From: Kondoa subrosea
Taxonomy: Eukaryota
Direction of reading: 5' to 3'
Assembly: GCA_039545335.1 (NCBI GenBank)
Contig: BCIN01000001.1
Span: 434,001-498,000, forward strand
DNA length: 64,000 nucleotides
Of the stretch, positions 63,538 through 64,000 are shown piece after piece. The first letter of the stretch is position 1. The number at the start of each line of letters is the position of its first letter. Under the pieces are notes generated by a model. The model was given only the letters and a program-made list of their open reading frames with translations, was not told the DNA's origin and did not search any database. The position numbers and the translations under genes are program-made.

Positions 63538-64000
63538 TTATACGAATAGCATAGCTAAAGCCATAGTAGCCAAGATCATCCCACTTGATAGAGATGCTGA
63601 GGAAAGCGCGGATGACTCTACGATTCCAGCTCGAGTAACGGAAGTTCCAGCTGGTAACCTTGATCCGGTGCTAAAGTCAATTCCCTGTCAGCTTTTGATA
63701 ACGTACTGTACCAAAGGATCTAGCATACCTCAATGCAGAAGAAGCTGCTGATAGAGGAGCATCGTTCTCCGCAGTCCTAATCCCAGCACTTGCGGAAGGA
63801 ATCAAATTTGCGGCGGAAGGTAGTGCCCCGGAAGCTGATAATTGAGCTTCGACTGAAGTATTGAATTGACCAGTCATGTGATCCAGAGTGAATTTAGCAG
63901 AAAAGACATCTTCAGTCAGATCGTCGCTTCTAAATCTTAAGAAGTAGTAGCTGTTTTTGATGCAAGTCAGTACAGGAAACGAAGCGATGGAGCTTAAACA
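63538..64000 (-). CDS. 3' part of a GPI-anchored cell-wall protein (Kre9/Knh1-N-like Ig domain plus S/T stalk), truncated by the window edge
   Basis: YYFLRF...FSAKFTLDHMTGQFN, Ser/Ala-rich linker and hydrophobic C-terminus MILATMALAMLFV*. Confidence 0.7.

Overview
Gene-dense, intron-rich fungal nuclear DNA. It is probably a basidiomycete yeast; this is inferred from short ~50-nt GT-AG introns, CTRAY/CTCAY-type branch points, a CPL1/PriA-like protein, Rab18 and a myosin-motor chitin synthase. About 30 spliced protein-coding genes could be reconstructed by hand: DUF2235 hydrolase, NHA1, ROK1, CPL1-like, SIM-RING STUbL, PBDC1-like, HOS3-like HDAC, Artemis, EXO84, GPI-PEBP, class V chitin synthase, YPP1-like TPR, NOP10, arrestin-like, EXO5, PHO88, RRM protein, NADAR, METTL25-like, BSP peptidase, PNPOx-like, RAB18, B-type cyclin and several hypotheticals. 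NOP10 and the NADAR domain are not recognisable in the ORF track. The most striking non-obvious element is an apparently non-coding, spliced host transcript (about 15.5-16.7 kb) whose introns carry an snR190-like and a U14-like box C/D snoRNA. The U14 looks greatly enlarged (about 310-510 nt) or shares its intron with an extra orphan C/D RNA. Also notable are 2-, 3-, 5- and 7-nt micro-exons, frequent AAG splice acceptors, a divergent NADAR, an LRR-less ANP32E-ZID-like acidic protein and a HExxH-family pseudogene. All exon boundaries were inferred by eye, and all family assignments come from recalled motifs rather than database searches.
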